Position numbers and translations under genes: made by a program
Shown here: positions 16,301 through 24,917 of the stretch, piece after piece
How positions within the stretch are numbered: the first letter of the stretch is position 1
Layout: the number at the start of each line of letters is the position of its first letter
IMG/VR virus record: IMGVR_UViG_3300030376_000305
Span: 1-37,020 of that record
Source: a virus
Lineage: Duplodnaviria > Caudoviricetes
Strand: one strand, 5' to 3'
DNA length: 37,020 nt
Notes under the pieces: generated by a model
What the model was told of the DNA's origin: nothing
What the model saw: only the letters and a program-made list of their open reading frames with translations
The model's database searches: none

Positions 16301-17363
16301 GAAGCAATTCAGTCGGTACTTGTTTTCTATCAGGTGTAGTTACTTCAGCCAGACGCTGATCCATTACAGATTCATAGTCTGTGTATGGAGCAGGTACTTC
16401 TTTTTGTGCTCGTTGTGGGACAACCACTTCATCTACTTTTCCAGCACGACGAGGTACTTCTACTTCTTTAAGTAATTCAGTGGGTACACGTTGTGCATCA
16501 ACATCTACTTCAGGAAATCTACCAGCACGTTTAGGTACTTCTACTTCTTTAAGTAGTATCTTCTTAGCTCTCTCAGGTATTTTGATCTCAGCAAAACGTC
16601 CTGACCTTTCGGGTGTCTCAATCGCCTCAAGAACTATTTTCTTAGCACGTTCAGGAACTTTAATATCAGCAAAGCGACCAGACCTTTCAGGTACAGTAAC
16701 CTCTGCAGGAACACGAGGCTGCATAGCTTCCATCTGAGTAGCTGCTAACTCAGATATTAAACGAGGTTCTGACCCTACTGGTTCAGAATTAGGGCGTATA
16801 GTAACTACGTTGTCTTTGATTCTATCAAACTCTCTGTTTACAACCTTAATAGTTGGACGATTTGGCGTACCTGCGTAATGTGCCTGATAAAATATCTTTT
16901 TACCAGCGCCTAAAAGATCACCTTCACCCCATGCTTTTTGCATATCAGCATCTTTAGCTCTAGCGTGAGTACCTACCATCAAAAGAACACGTTGTTGGTA
17001 ATCAGATAACGATCTTGGATCACGATTAGGATTCTTTAGCTCTTCTGTTACCCACTCAGGTACAGCCGTTTTTGTTTTTCTATACGCATTAACAGTAGAT
17101 TGTAAATAACTACGATAAGTTTCATCAGTAAACTGATAGTTACCTTTGGCAGACGTACCACCTTCACCTACTCGCTCTCTGTTACTGGTATTTTTACCAC
17201 CACTAGATTCAATTTCTTTTACCGCTTCAATCCAAAGTAGTATATTATCTTGTGTAAGATAAGGATCAAGGTTCATCATGTCCAAGGCACGACCAACAGC
17301 AGGATCTCTAAAAAGAGGATCAAGTGTTTTTGCTCGCAATTCTTTAGCAGTTGCTACGGGCAT
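13371..17363 (-). CDS. Large internal virion/ejection protein with N-terminal lysozyme/SLT-like domain and VPxR repeat linker
   Basis: EIESSGG...AKGNYQF resembles a lytic transglycosylase; GVTLGLLGE segment; size and position. Confidence 0.75.
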   Translation of the reverse strand: MPVATAKELRAKTLDPLFRDPAVGRALDMMNLDPYLTQDNILLWIEAVKEIESSGGKNTSNRERVGEGGTSAKGNYQFTDETYRSYLQSTVNAYRKTKTAVPEWVTEELKNPNRDPRSLSDYQQRVLLMVGTHARAKDADMQKAWGEGDLLGAGKKIFYQAHYAGTPNRPTIKVVNREFDRIKDNVVTIRPNSEPVGSEPRLISELAATQMEAMQPRVPAEVTVPERSGRFADIKVPERAKKIVLEAIETPERSGRFAEIKIPERAKKILLKEVEVPKRAGRFPEVDVDAQRVPTELLKEVEVPRRAGKVDEVVVPQRAQKEVPAPYTDYESVMDQRLAEVTTPDRKQVPTELLQEVSVPDRELAETPKPEGIVIPQSAIDIINPPAKERKTDDIVIPQKAIDIRRELANEQGKRIASLVTEAGEGVTLGLLGEMKAAIESATTDKTYDRAKAEYEVAREQFRKNNPELAQLATPVELIATLPTGIGLARGLAKAGVTSIAAQAGIESSIYGVATGEGFENRLFQGIGYGALGALTGKAFDKILDPSFTKRFNTIEEFNKARAEAQEELVVAARMSRAPEDITNAELATQLLMREIEFLGDVVGRQGALPKDLVPFYQRMKGYAEDMGVDIRQLNRVVRSDKAIKDLRKTLDEPFETLDDMAHLRQDLLDMTTGRLSADVGRTIPEAQKALVRFRRLASPLATLAEETVGVAFSQRLVRAMNRVTRKQTELDSMWKGMEPFRELASSNPKFNDLLLDAVNPRLSLEFKEKSLQAAMNLSRAKIGKGAPERLQKFFDDNVAFSSRYRRQVTAGEVTPVWMHSAPESVMKDASLRTYRDRAAVKAEDAASKNVQRPSMKKWRKANAKRPPEKQQEYANIFDSHWTWQRQTLTRMEIGEQLGFRTAGKPLVVGKNLDPKAVKEGASELEATASYEAGKFRLFDDNIIEEALKREGYSDVQIKNAQQIIDDLGINANKGMASELDMIRSLGYVGTIANPYGALMNVHDLFNASFELGLGNVVKAVFAKGGIDFNPADMGLARQVFGEFVRKARKGTQKDIDALGGYTSGNRFIEGAAKASEDLLEWSMKWSGFSKLDQFGKSRIMGASFNKARQDIADGSFDTKWQYSFSKPEIQQLKKDIADGVTDSELVRDLVMFDLFKLQPINAAAQTAAGLANPNARIFYMLKGFAIKQFDLMERRIYREWKAGNKKQALENLAKYVVLSGGGYGVVNEARQVLKGESPDPVEGAVSALYQIGSVVTFGAMGANDYGYDKFMNDPLTAMATNVLPPLGATLPGAVLEDIADAFRKGDPLPDETIFALPIVGKTLKGVFSE
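16170..16720 (-). repeat. In-frame peptide repeats (V/I-x-V/I-P-E/K/R/Q-R, about 12-14 aa)
   Basis: VTVPERSGRF, IKVPERAKK, IETPERSGRF, IKIPERAKK, VEVPKRAGRF, VEVPRRAGK...; boundaries approximate. Confidence 0.85.
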
Positions 17364-17405
17364 ATTTTTCTACTCAGCAGATACGATGATATCTATATTT
17401 ATATA

Positions 17406-18734
17406 CTAAAGAGCACTTGCAGGAATAAACGGAGTACCTACCCCTGTTTCTGTCGATCTTTCTGTGCTTAGAGACTCATCAAGTTTCTGTGTAGCTAACC
17501 TAACGTCTACAGGATCATTAGGATCAAGTTGAGGATTAGCAGCGAACACTTCAGCAAGTGCATCTTTCCGTGCAGTAGCTTCTCTTTGTTGGTTCTGAAC
17601 AAACTTCTCAGATCGTTCAAAAGGCTCAGGATAGTTACGTCTTAACCACTGCTCAACAATAGGAGCAACTTCTGATTCAGATCGTCCAGTAACTAAAGAG
17701 TTAATCTCACTAAGCTGTTCCGGTGTAAGGTCTTCAATCACTGTGTTAATGTCATCATAAAAGATATCAACAAAGTCTCCTTTTTCAGCAATACCTTGCA
17801 TTGTCCACCTTACAAGACCTTCTGCTCGCGCACTAGTAACAGGATCAAGATAAGCAGTTGCCGCTGCTACTTCTTTCTCTCGCTTAGATTTAAGATAGCC
17901 TCGCCAAACTGTTCTTTGACCTAGCACATCAGGAGGCACTGTAAGGCCTGCTTTTTCCATTTCTTTTATTTGTATTGGAGTAGGGTTTTTAAAGTTTGCC
18001 ATATCCTCTGCAAATTGTTTATCAGCTACTTGAATTTTTTGTTGTGCTTGACGCACAGTTTGTACTGCTTTGCGAAAACCTGCTTGTTCTAATTGTGCAG
18101 CTTTAGCATTCCACGCCTCTGTACCAAACTCTAAACGCTCTAAAGCAGAGATAGCCATTTGCTGTCTTGCTCCCTCAATCTTAGAGTTTGTTTCTATCTG
18201 GGCAAGTTGAGTTTTAGTTACAGCGGCTCTTGTTTCATCACCTACACCAACAAATTTAGCAGCGTCAATTCCTCTTGTATCTTTGGCAATTTCTACCATC
18301 TGATCTTCAAGAGTGTCTATATAAAAGTTAGCCGCTTCTTTTCTAGATATATCGTCAGATTCTAGTAAGATACTTGCCTGCTCATTAAGCTGTTGCTGTA
18401 GACCAACTAACTGGTTTTGTCTGTTGTTTAAAACACCAGCTTGTTGTGTTTGTTGTAAGATAGGAAGAGTTTCCATTATGTCTTTTGTAGGCACATTAAG
18501 ACCCTGCAGACTGCCTATGTATGATTGCATAGTTTCAGCATCAAAACGTCCTTCAGTAGCAGCTTGTTGAGCAGCCAACATACCACCCATCATGCCCTTT
18601 TCTCGTCGCTTTCTTTCTTGTTCATTAAGAATAAGGGCAGGAGTCATAGCAGCACCCTTTGCAGCCTCTGTTAAAGTCTGCTGATAGGTAGGAGTCAACA
18701 ACCCTTGTAGGAATGTTTCTGAAAATTTAGCCAT
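17406..18734 (-). CDS. Internal virion (ejection) protein
   Basis: Q/A/E-rich helical protein between nozzle and large ejection gene. Confidence 0.65.
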   Translation of the reverse strand: MAKFSETFLQGLLTPTYQQTLTEAAKGAAMTPALILNEQERKRREKGMMGGMLAAQQAATEGRFDAETMQSYIGSLQGLNVPTKDIMETLPILQQTQQAGVLNNRQNQLVGLQQQLNEQASILLESDDISRKEAANFYIDTLEDQMVEIAKDTRGIDAAKFVGVGDETRAAVTKTQLAQIETNSKIEGARQQMAISALERLEFGTEAWNAKAAQLEQAGFRKAVQTVRQAQQKIQVADKQFAEDMANFKNPTPIQIKEMEKAGLTVPPDVLGQRTVWRGYLKSKREKEVAAATAYLDPVTSARAEGLVRWTMQGIAEKGDFVDIFYDDINTVIEDLTPEQLSEINSLVTGRSESEVAPIVEQWLRRNYPEPFERSEKFVQNQQREATARKDALAEVFAANPQLDPNDPVDVRLATQKLDESLSTERSTETGVGTPFIPASAL

Positions 18735-18747
18735 GTGTCTTAGCCTC

Positions 18748-19647
18748 CTAAGTTGTAAACAATGAACTTACAAGACTACCAACACCGCCGTCTTGAGTAG
18801 CTACCGGACTAAACAAACCACCTAAAATTCCTGAGCCAAGATTACCCAACAAGTTAGCTCGTGCTTGTTCAGCTATCAGTCTAGCCTGTAGACCGCTTAT
18901 CTGAGTCTCACCAAACTCACCAGCGCCAAACAACTGAGCTTGTTGTTGTAACTGCGGGAACAACTGAGAAGCCTGCTGTACATTAAGCAGTTGAGCTTGT
19001 GGTACATAAGAAGCACCTAACATCTGTGTTCCTAAAGTAGATTGTTGTGCTTGTTCTGCTTGTGCTTGTTGTATTGCCAGCAAAGAGGCTCTGTTTCTAG
19101 CTTCTTCTTGTGCCTGTGCTAGAGCAAATTGTTCTGGTGAACCTCCAAACATAGAAGTTCTTACACCTAACCTACCCTGATTAAACAACCTTTCTTCTAA
19201 AGCAAGACGCTGACGTTCTTCTTCAGCGACCTGTGTTGCGCGAATACGGTCAAATACTTCCTGTTCACGCTGTGCTGTGGGCGTCATAGCCTGACCAAAG
19301 AACTGTTCAGCGCCACCCATTAGACCTGCCTGTAACGCTTGTTCTTCAGGAGACACAGCAAGGTCTGCGCCTACTCCCGTAATAGCACCTGTAGTGGGGT
19401 CTACTTCAGGAGTAACACCAAAACGACCGCCAGTAGCTGAAGTGACAGTAAACGGCTTAAACTTAGAAAGCTCTAAGGCTTGTTGAGCCATCTCCAACGT
19501 ACCCGGAATACGTTGAGCATCTGCTCCTTCACCTACAGTAGTTCCTAGTACAGCTTGTTCACCTATATCAGAAAGACGGTCATACGCTTCTTTAGTGAGA
19601 AGACCTCCACCTATTGCTCCTCCTATCCCCAAAATTTTATCTAACAT
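18748..19647 (-). CDS. Internal virion (ejection/pilot) protein
   Basis: Gly-rich hydrophobic ends, Q/A-rich middle; follows nozzle. Confidence 0.65.
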   Translation of the reverse strand: MLDKILGIGGAIGGGLLTKEAYDRLSDIGEQAVLGTTVGEGADAQRIPGTLEMAQQALELSKFKPFTVTSATGGRFGVTPEVDPTTGAITGVGADLAVSPEEQALQAGLMGGAEQFFGQAMTPTAQREQEVFDRIRATQVAEEERQRLALEERLFNQGRLGVRTSMFGGSPEQFALAQAQEEARNRASLLAIQQAQAEQAQQSTLGTQMLGASYVPQAQLLNVQQASQLFPQLQQQAQLFGAGEFGETQISGLQARLIAEQARANLLGNLGSGILGGLFSPVATQDGGVGSLVSSLFTT

Positions 19648-19675
19648 TGGGACACACCTCTCACGTTGTTATTAT

Positions 19676-21193
19676 TCATACTGTTTTACCTATCAGTGCT
19701 AATACATTCATTTCCTGTAGGGATATAGAATTACCATTTACTTCTGTTTGTAGCCCCACAGAAACAACAGACCCATTGCCTGTGCAATTTAATGACTTAC
19801 GACTAATCAAATCACCAAGTGTAAAATCTACTTGAGTGTATTCTGATTCACCATAAAATCCCGGCGTAGACGTACCTACTTTAAACCGTGACGTATTCGC
19901 CTGAATCGAAAAGTCATACGTCCAGCTAAGAATAATGTCAGCATCGTTACCACCAACAATAGTTGGTCTAATTTTTTTAAGTAACTTTAGTTTAGACGCA
20001 TCACCAAATGTAAGGCCGGGACTTGAGTAACGAAAAATAAAAGATGAATTGTTATCATCGTAACCATCGTACTTACCAATACCATCTGTTGTGCCTATAT
20101 AAACAGTGCCGTCTCTATCTCTAGCAAAACTTTTAAAATCAACACTAGGCCACTTAGTTACACGGAACGAACCATTTTCTAATCGGCCACGTAAATCAAA
20201 ACAATAAATAAGATTGCTGTCAGGCAGACCTAATAAATAAAAATAATTTTCAGGACTATACACAGAAGTAGCTGGACTAGTTTTAAGTTTTATTTTTGCA
20301 ATTAAGTCTTGTTTTATATTACGGCTTGCATCTGTTATAGGAAGAGACTTTTCTTGTATAACTCTTCCTAGGCTTCGCAAACCGTCATCACTTAAAAACA
20401 ACAGATCAATACCAATATTTTGTACTGTTTTTCTATCTATGCAACCTACGCCTGATACAGTGTCGCTAATTGCCATGCTTGCGGGACTGCTTGCTCCTGA
20501 GTAAACAATAATACTATGTTCGCCAAACACTATAAGAAAGTCGTTATGCGCCGCTAAAGCAACAATCTTGTCTGAACCGTTAGGCCAAGCCTTTGCTACA
20601 TCAATGTTGCCGCTAGAACCACCCGTAAAGGCGTTGCCATCTAGTAAATCAGACCAGTAAATAACCGTGTCGTTAGTAGCGTTACCAGCAATAAACAACC
20701 TGCCAAACGCAGCAAGCACCTCATTGGCTTTGAAAGTAGCGTTGGTGGCCCCACCGTTAGCTACCGTAAATGTTCTTAGCCCATTGCTATTATCGTGGAC
20801 TAGTGGATCAAAGCCTCTCTGAAAAAAATAAGCCTTGTCGTTAAAGTTTACGATCTTCCAATCATTGGCCGTAATCGTATACGAGCCGGGGGTGACATCT
20901 GTCAGCGTAGTCGTACCACTCATTATTTTGTTGTTGCCAGTGCTAAATATCGTTTCGTTTCCAGCACTGTCGTAGAACTCGTGAATGTTGTGGATATGGT
21001 CTGTACCCAACGCTGTCTTGTTGGTTGTAATAACACTGTTACCCTGACGAGAAGCTAAACGGCCCTGTCGATCAATGATTGCGTTGTCTGCAACTTCAGC
21101 AAAAGATGTGTCCTGAGCAAGAGGAGAATCTTCTGTATTAATTCCCTGAAATGCAGGAGCAACTAAATTTATGCTTTGTAAAGGCTGTGCCAT
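19676..21193 (-). CDS. Tail nozzle / DNA stabilization protein (tail tubular B-like)
   Basis: Beta-rich 505 aa, GINT..P N-terminus, GRLF, YWSD, GVGC motifs; follows adaptor. Confidence 0.8.
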   Translation of the reverse strand: MAQPLQSINLVAPAFQGINTEDSPLAQDTSFAEVADNAIIDRQGRLASRQGNSVITTNKTALGTDHIHNIHEFYDSAGNETIFSTGNNKIMSGTTTLTDVTPGSYTITANDWKIVNFNDKAYFFQRGFDPLVHDNSNGLRTFTVANGGATNATFKANEVLAAFGRLFIAGNATNDTVIYWSDLLDGNAFTGGSSGNIDVAKAWPNGSDKIVALAAHNDFLIVFGEHSIIVYSGASSPASMAISDTVSGVGCIDRKTVQNIGIDLLFLSDDGLRSLGRVIQEKSLPITDASRNIKQDLIAKIKLKTSPATSVYSPENYFYLLGLPDSNLIYCFDLRGRLENGSFRVTKWPSVDFKSFARDRDGTVYIGTTDGIGKYDGYDDNNSSFIFRYSSPGLTFGDASKLKLLKKIRPTIVGGNDADIILSWTYDFSIQANTSRFKVGTSTPGFYGESEYTQVDFTLGDLISRKSLNCTGNGSVVSVGLQTEVNGNSISLQEMNVLALIGKTV

Positions 21194-21201
21194 AATAATT
21201 C

Positions 21202-21849
21202 CTACGTTGTGTAGAAGATTGTTTCTTCAGGGTGCTTCTGTGCATCCATAGCAATAGCATCAGATAAATATTTGTCAGCTAAGGCAAAGTATTCAGGAGT
21301 AGATGTACCACCTGTTTCACCACGCTCACGAGCTAACAAAGCAATAGCCATGTGAATTACGGGACTGCTGGGTATAGCTAACGTGTCTGCATTAGCACTC
21401 AGAGGTACGTTGCGTAGAACTACTTTTACTTTTAACGAGTAAACGCCATCAGGTTTAGGATATACGTCAATTTGAGTATCGCCATTAGCGTCTACGCCGT
21501 TATAAGTAAAGTACTTAGGCGCGCCTGATACTGGGTTGTTTACAAAGAACTCGTTGTCAAACCATGCCTGTGTTTGGTACTGTAACTCGCAGTTTGAAGT
21601 GTCGTTTATAATCCTAAAAACTTTACCTTCGTCACCGCTGCCTGTTAATGAGTACGTAAAATCGTCAGCAGCCGTAGTAATAGTAAGTGTTGTACGCAAC
21701 GCTGACCAATCCCAAGCTGTTTCTACAAGATCTTTTGCATCGTTTACAAAGTCACCGACCATCTTGCTATACGTACTTTCAGACACATTAGTTACTTCGT
21801 CTTCTCGTAAACGTCTGAGCACGTTGTTTACCAAATTTAAGTAGGTCAT
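21202..21849 (-). CDS. Head-tail adaptor (tail tubular A-like)
   Basis: MTYLNLVNNVLRRLRE N-terminus, VYPKPD; 215 aa. Confidence 0.82.
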   Translation of the reverse strand: MTYLNLVNNVLRRLREDEVTNVSESTYSKMVGDFVNDAKDLVETAWDWSALRTTLTITTAADDFTYSLTGSGDEGKVFRIINDTSNCELQYQTQAWFDNEFFVNNPVSGAPKYFTYNGVDANGDTQIDVYPKPDGVYSLKVKVVLRNVPLSANADTLAIPSSPVIHMAIALLARERGETGGTSTPEYFALADKYLSDAIAMDAQKHPEETIFYTT

Positions 21850-23390
21850 GCTAAGTTCCTAAAAATTAATTGTCCTATTGCATCCATAGAATTTGTAGGT
21901 CTCATCAACCCAGAAGGCTGTACAGAAGCAGGGGCTGTCATTAAACCAGACGCAAAATCAACAGGAGCTTGTTGTCGGATTGCTATGGGAACAGTAGGAG
22001 TATATTCAACAGTCCTTATAAAAGGATCTGCAGTGCCTGTTCCACCGCCACCGCCGCCGCCTCCACCGCCACCCCCACTAGGTGTAGGTTCAGGACCGCC
22101 TATTTCAATTGGAGCAGGATCTTGAGTATTGACATAAACTTCATCGTTTCCTCCTATTTCAATTGGATCAGGCGTAGGCGGTTCAGGATCAGGAATAAAA
22201 GGATCTTGATTTCTATCAACAGGCGTTCGACCATTACCACCGCCGCCGGGATCAGGTTTTCTACGATCATCATTTCCACCGGGAAGAATAAGATCTCTTC
22301 TACCGCCTACAACATCTGCTTGCCTTCTTCCACCAAATACAAGTTCGTCAGTGTCGGGATCATCAGTGGTATCAACAAAGATATCATCTTGATCTGGTCT
22401 TTCAACGGCTGTACGTGAACCGCCAAGGTTAACAATGTCATCTCCCTGTTTAGGTGTTGGCGTGGTTTCTTCATCTGGTGTAGTACCACCGGGAACAACA
22501 GTCGTAGTTGTATTAGTGTTACTATCAAAAATACCTTTAACACCATCGTATACGTTTACAAGAACTGCACCGCCTACAATGCCGCCTAAAGTTCCTGTAA
22601 CCCAATCTTCAAAACCACCTAGCGTACCGCCCCAACCGGGGTCAGATGCATCTCCTCCAAAAACCTCTTCTACTTTACCATATACCCAACCACCTAAATC
22701 ACCTAGTGTTCCTATAGGGTCTTTAACAAAATCTTCAAGGTTTCCGCCAATGTTTCCAACAGCGTCTATTACTTCTTGTATAGTTACATCAATAATTCCG
22801 GGAGGAAGAGGCACACCGGGAATTGCAATAGTGCTAAATACTTTCCAATTTTTCCAATCTTGAGGAAATATAATTTCTACACCCGCACCCATGTCTTTTT
22901 TAATTTTAGTCATGGGATCATCAATAACTGTTTCAAGAACAGTCATTACATTTTCTTCAGTAATAATTCCTTTAAGTTTTTCAGGAATTGAAGCCATAAC
23001 AGAAGCAATCGCATCTTCATCTGATATTGCACTTGCATCTTTCCCTGTACCAGCATCAGTAGTAGTATCTTCTGTTTCTCTTGGATTTACATCTAGCCAT
23101 CCTTGAGCTTTATCTTTAATTCCTTTAGGTGCATCAGGATTGTTTAGTATTTCATTTGCTTTGTTGTATGCTTCGTCTCCAAAGTAACACTCACTTCCTG
23201 CTTTGCCTACTAAACCACCAGCAGCGTTGCATAACGCTCTATCGCCACGCACTCCCGCACGATAGGCTGCGTTTACGGCTCTTGTTGCATCTAAATTAGG
23301 AGTGCCGATTATTCTTAAACCTGCCGTAAAAAAATTATTTACGTCGATTAAACCTTGTTGTCTGCTATCTCCTCCAGTGTCAACTGCCAT
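21846..23390 (-). CDS. Hypothetical acidic Gly/Pro-rich protein, probably virion-associated
   Basis: 514-aa ORF coupled to neighbours; low-complexity C-terminal half with poly-Gly. Confidence 0.7.
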   Translation of the reverse strand: MAVDTGGDSRQQGLIDVNNFFTAGLRIIGTPNLDATRAVNAAYRAGVRGDRALCNAAGGLVGKAGSECYFGDEAYNKANEILNNPDAPKGIKDKAQGWLDVNPRETEDTTTDAGTGKDASAISDEDAIASVMASIPEKLKGIITEENVMTVLETVIDDPMTKIKKDMGAGVEIIFPQDWKNWKVFSTIAIPGVPLPPGIIDVTIQEVIDAVGNIGGNLEDFVKDPIGTLGDLGGWVYGKVEEVFGGDASDPGWGGTLGGFEDWVTGTLGGIVGGAVLVNVYDGVKGIFDSNTNTTTTVVPGGTTPDEETTPTPKQGDDIVNLGGSRTAVERPDQDDIFVDTTDDPDTDELVFGGRRQADVVGGRRDLILPGGNDDRRKPDPGGGGNGRTPVDRNQDPFIPDPEPPTPDPIEIGGNDEVYVNTQDPAPIEIGGPEPTPSGGGGGGGGGGGGTGTADPFIRTVEYTPTVPIAIRQQAPVDFASGLMTAPASVQPSGLMRPTNSMDAIGQLIFRNLA

Positions 23391-23391
23391 A

Positions 23392-23766
23392 TTACTTACC
23401 TTTCATCTTCATTAGTTTGTCAGCACCACGTATACCAAAGCTGGCTGTGACAGCAACAAACAACAAGTACTGGTAGTATTCAGGTAGTTTGTCTAGCTCA
23501 GTAAACGCAATGCCTACCCGCTGCATGATACTTAGGTCATCCATAGCTACTCCGTAGCAAACCGCCAATAAGGGCAGAGAAAGAACAACGGTAAACCATT
23601 CGTCTTTCCATGACCTCCCACTAGCTTCAGCCATGTGCTGTTCCCACGTAGCCGTGTTCTCAATGACTTTCATCTGAGCTACGTGCTTGGCCTGTGACTT
23701 CTCGTGTCGGTTAGCAAGCCAGTTCTGAGCCAAGTTTGCAACGGGTCCAACAAGTGCTGTCCACAT
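23392..23766 (-). CDS. Putative holin (3TM-like)
   Basis: SWKDEW motif, hydrophobic helices, SFGIR and basic C-terminus. Confidence 0.7.
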   Translation of the reverse strand: MWTALVGPVANLAQNWLANRHEKSQAKHVAQMKVIENTATWEQHMAEASGRSWKDEWFTVVLSLPLLAVCYGVAMDDLSIMQRVGIAFTELDKLPEYYQYLLFVAVTASFGIRGADKLMKMKGK

Positions 23767-23769
23767 AAC

Positions 23770-23934
23770 TTACAAGCCTCTCATACGCTTTATAGTTTCA
23801 GTTTCCCAAATGCGTATGCCTGTCCATACAATTGTAAATAAAGCCGCTACTGCAGGTAACAAGCCAGCCAAGGCGCCAACTCCAGTTGCTACAGAAAGTG
23901 TGTCTACTACTTCTTTCATTCCGTCATCTTCCAT
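23770..23934 (-). CDS. Small membrane protein, holin-like (54 aa; not in ORF track)
   Basis: MEDDGMKEVVDTLSVATGVGALAGLLPAVAALFTIVWTGIRIWETETIKRMRGL*. Confidence 0.7.
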   Translation of the reverse strand: MEDDGMKEVVDTLSVATGVGALAGLLPAVAALFTIVWTGIRIWETETIKRMRGL

Positions 23935-23936
23935 AG

Positions 23937-24404
23937 TTATGCGCCTTTGATAAGTAAAGTTGTTCCGTATATAACACCGGATGCAACTACTGCTCCTACA
24001 ACCATAGCAATTACGTCAGCTATTTTTTGTCTTTTTTTACGCTGTTGGTATACTGCTTTTTCTCTTCGTAAACGTATGTCCTTACGTAACTGCATCATTT
24101 CTACGTAAGTGTCTTTACCGTATGCCCAGACAATCAACTCACGTATGTGCTTTTCTTGTTCCTGTAGCTTCTTACGAGCTATAGTAGCGTTAAGAGCTTC
24201 TTCTTCTACTGACCCACCACCAAACAGTTTTTTAAATATAGGTGGGTTTTCTGCTTCTCTTTCAGCTTGTTTTATGTCTGATGCGTAGCTAAACCACTTG
24301 CCCAATTGTTGAGCAACTTGTTCAATCTCAGCACCTTTGTTGACTAAAAGTTGTACGCCTCTGAACGACGAGGACGCTAATGCTACAAGAGAAAGAGGGT
24401 CCAT
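23937..24404 (-). CDS. Membrane-anchored coiled-coil hypothetical protein
   Basis: MDPLS N-terminus, charged helix, C-terminal TM. Confidence 0.7.
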   Translation of the reverse strand: MDPLSLVALASSSFRGVQLLVNKGAEIEQVAQQLGKWFSYASDIKQAEREAENPPIFKKLFGGGSVEEEALNATIARKKLQEQEKHIRELIVWAYGKDTYVEMMQLRKDIRLRREKAVYQQRKKRQKIADVIAMVVGAVVASGVIYGTTLLIKGA

Positions 24405-24408
24405 TCAT

Positions 24409-24906
24409 TTAAGGCTTCGTAGGCCAACTGATTGTGCCGGGAAAGTCTGTCTGCTGTGGCACATCACGCAATGCCTGCCTATACGTCTTCATTGCATCCG
24501 TCATAGTGACATCTGCCAAAGCGTAATGATCTGTCTCCATCAGCAAAGCAGTGCGTTTAGCTCTTTCAGCCGCCGCCCGAACCGCAGTATTTGCCGTGTC
24601 GTAAGCAGTCTTTTGTGCCGCTACCGTCTGAACATCACCGTTGTCATCGGTATATTCAGTAAACATTTCACGCTCTACCCACGCATATACCCAGTTGCCT
24701 TTGCCGTCTTGCACAACGCCGTTGCGTACTACTGACTTGTAAGCGGCGCTAGGCTCTGGTGCAGGGGCCGCAAGGACAGGATCAACGCCCAGCGCGTCAC
24801 ACACGTTTGCAGTCCATACTTTCGGCAGGGACATATTCTTGTTGTCTAAACGGACTTGGCCTTGAAATTTAACCTCACCCGTTGCTCGTACTCTGTATTC
24901 AGACAT
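24409..24906 (-). CDS. Tail fibre assembly chaperone-like protein
   Basis: C-terminal R..LL.ETD...YRQALRDVPQQ..FP..I.WPTKP. Confidence 0.8.
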   Translation of the reverse strand: MSEYRVRATGEVKFQGQVRLDNKNMSLPKVWTANVCDALGVDPVLAAPAPEPSAAYKSVVRNGVVQDGKGNWVYAWVEREMFTEYTDDNGDVQTVAAQKTAYDTANTAVRAAAERAKRTALLMETDHYALADVTMTDAMKTYRQALRDVPQQTDFPGTISWPTKP

Positions 24907-24917
24907 AGTTGATAGTC

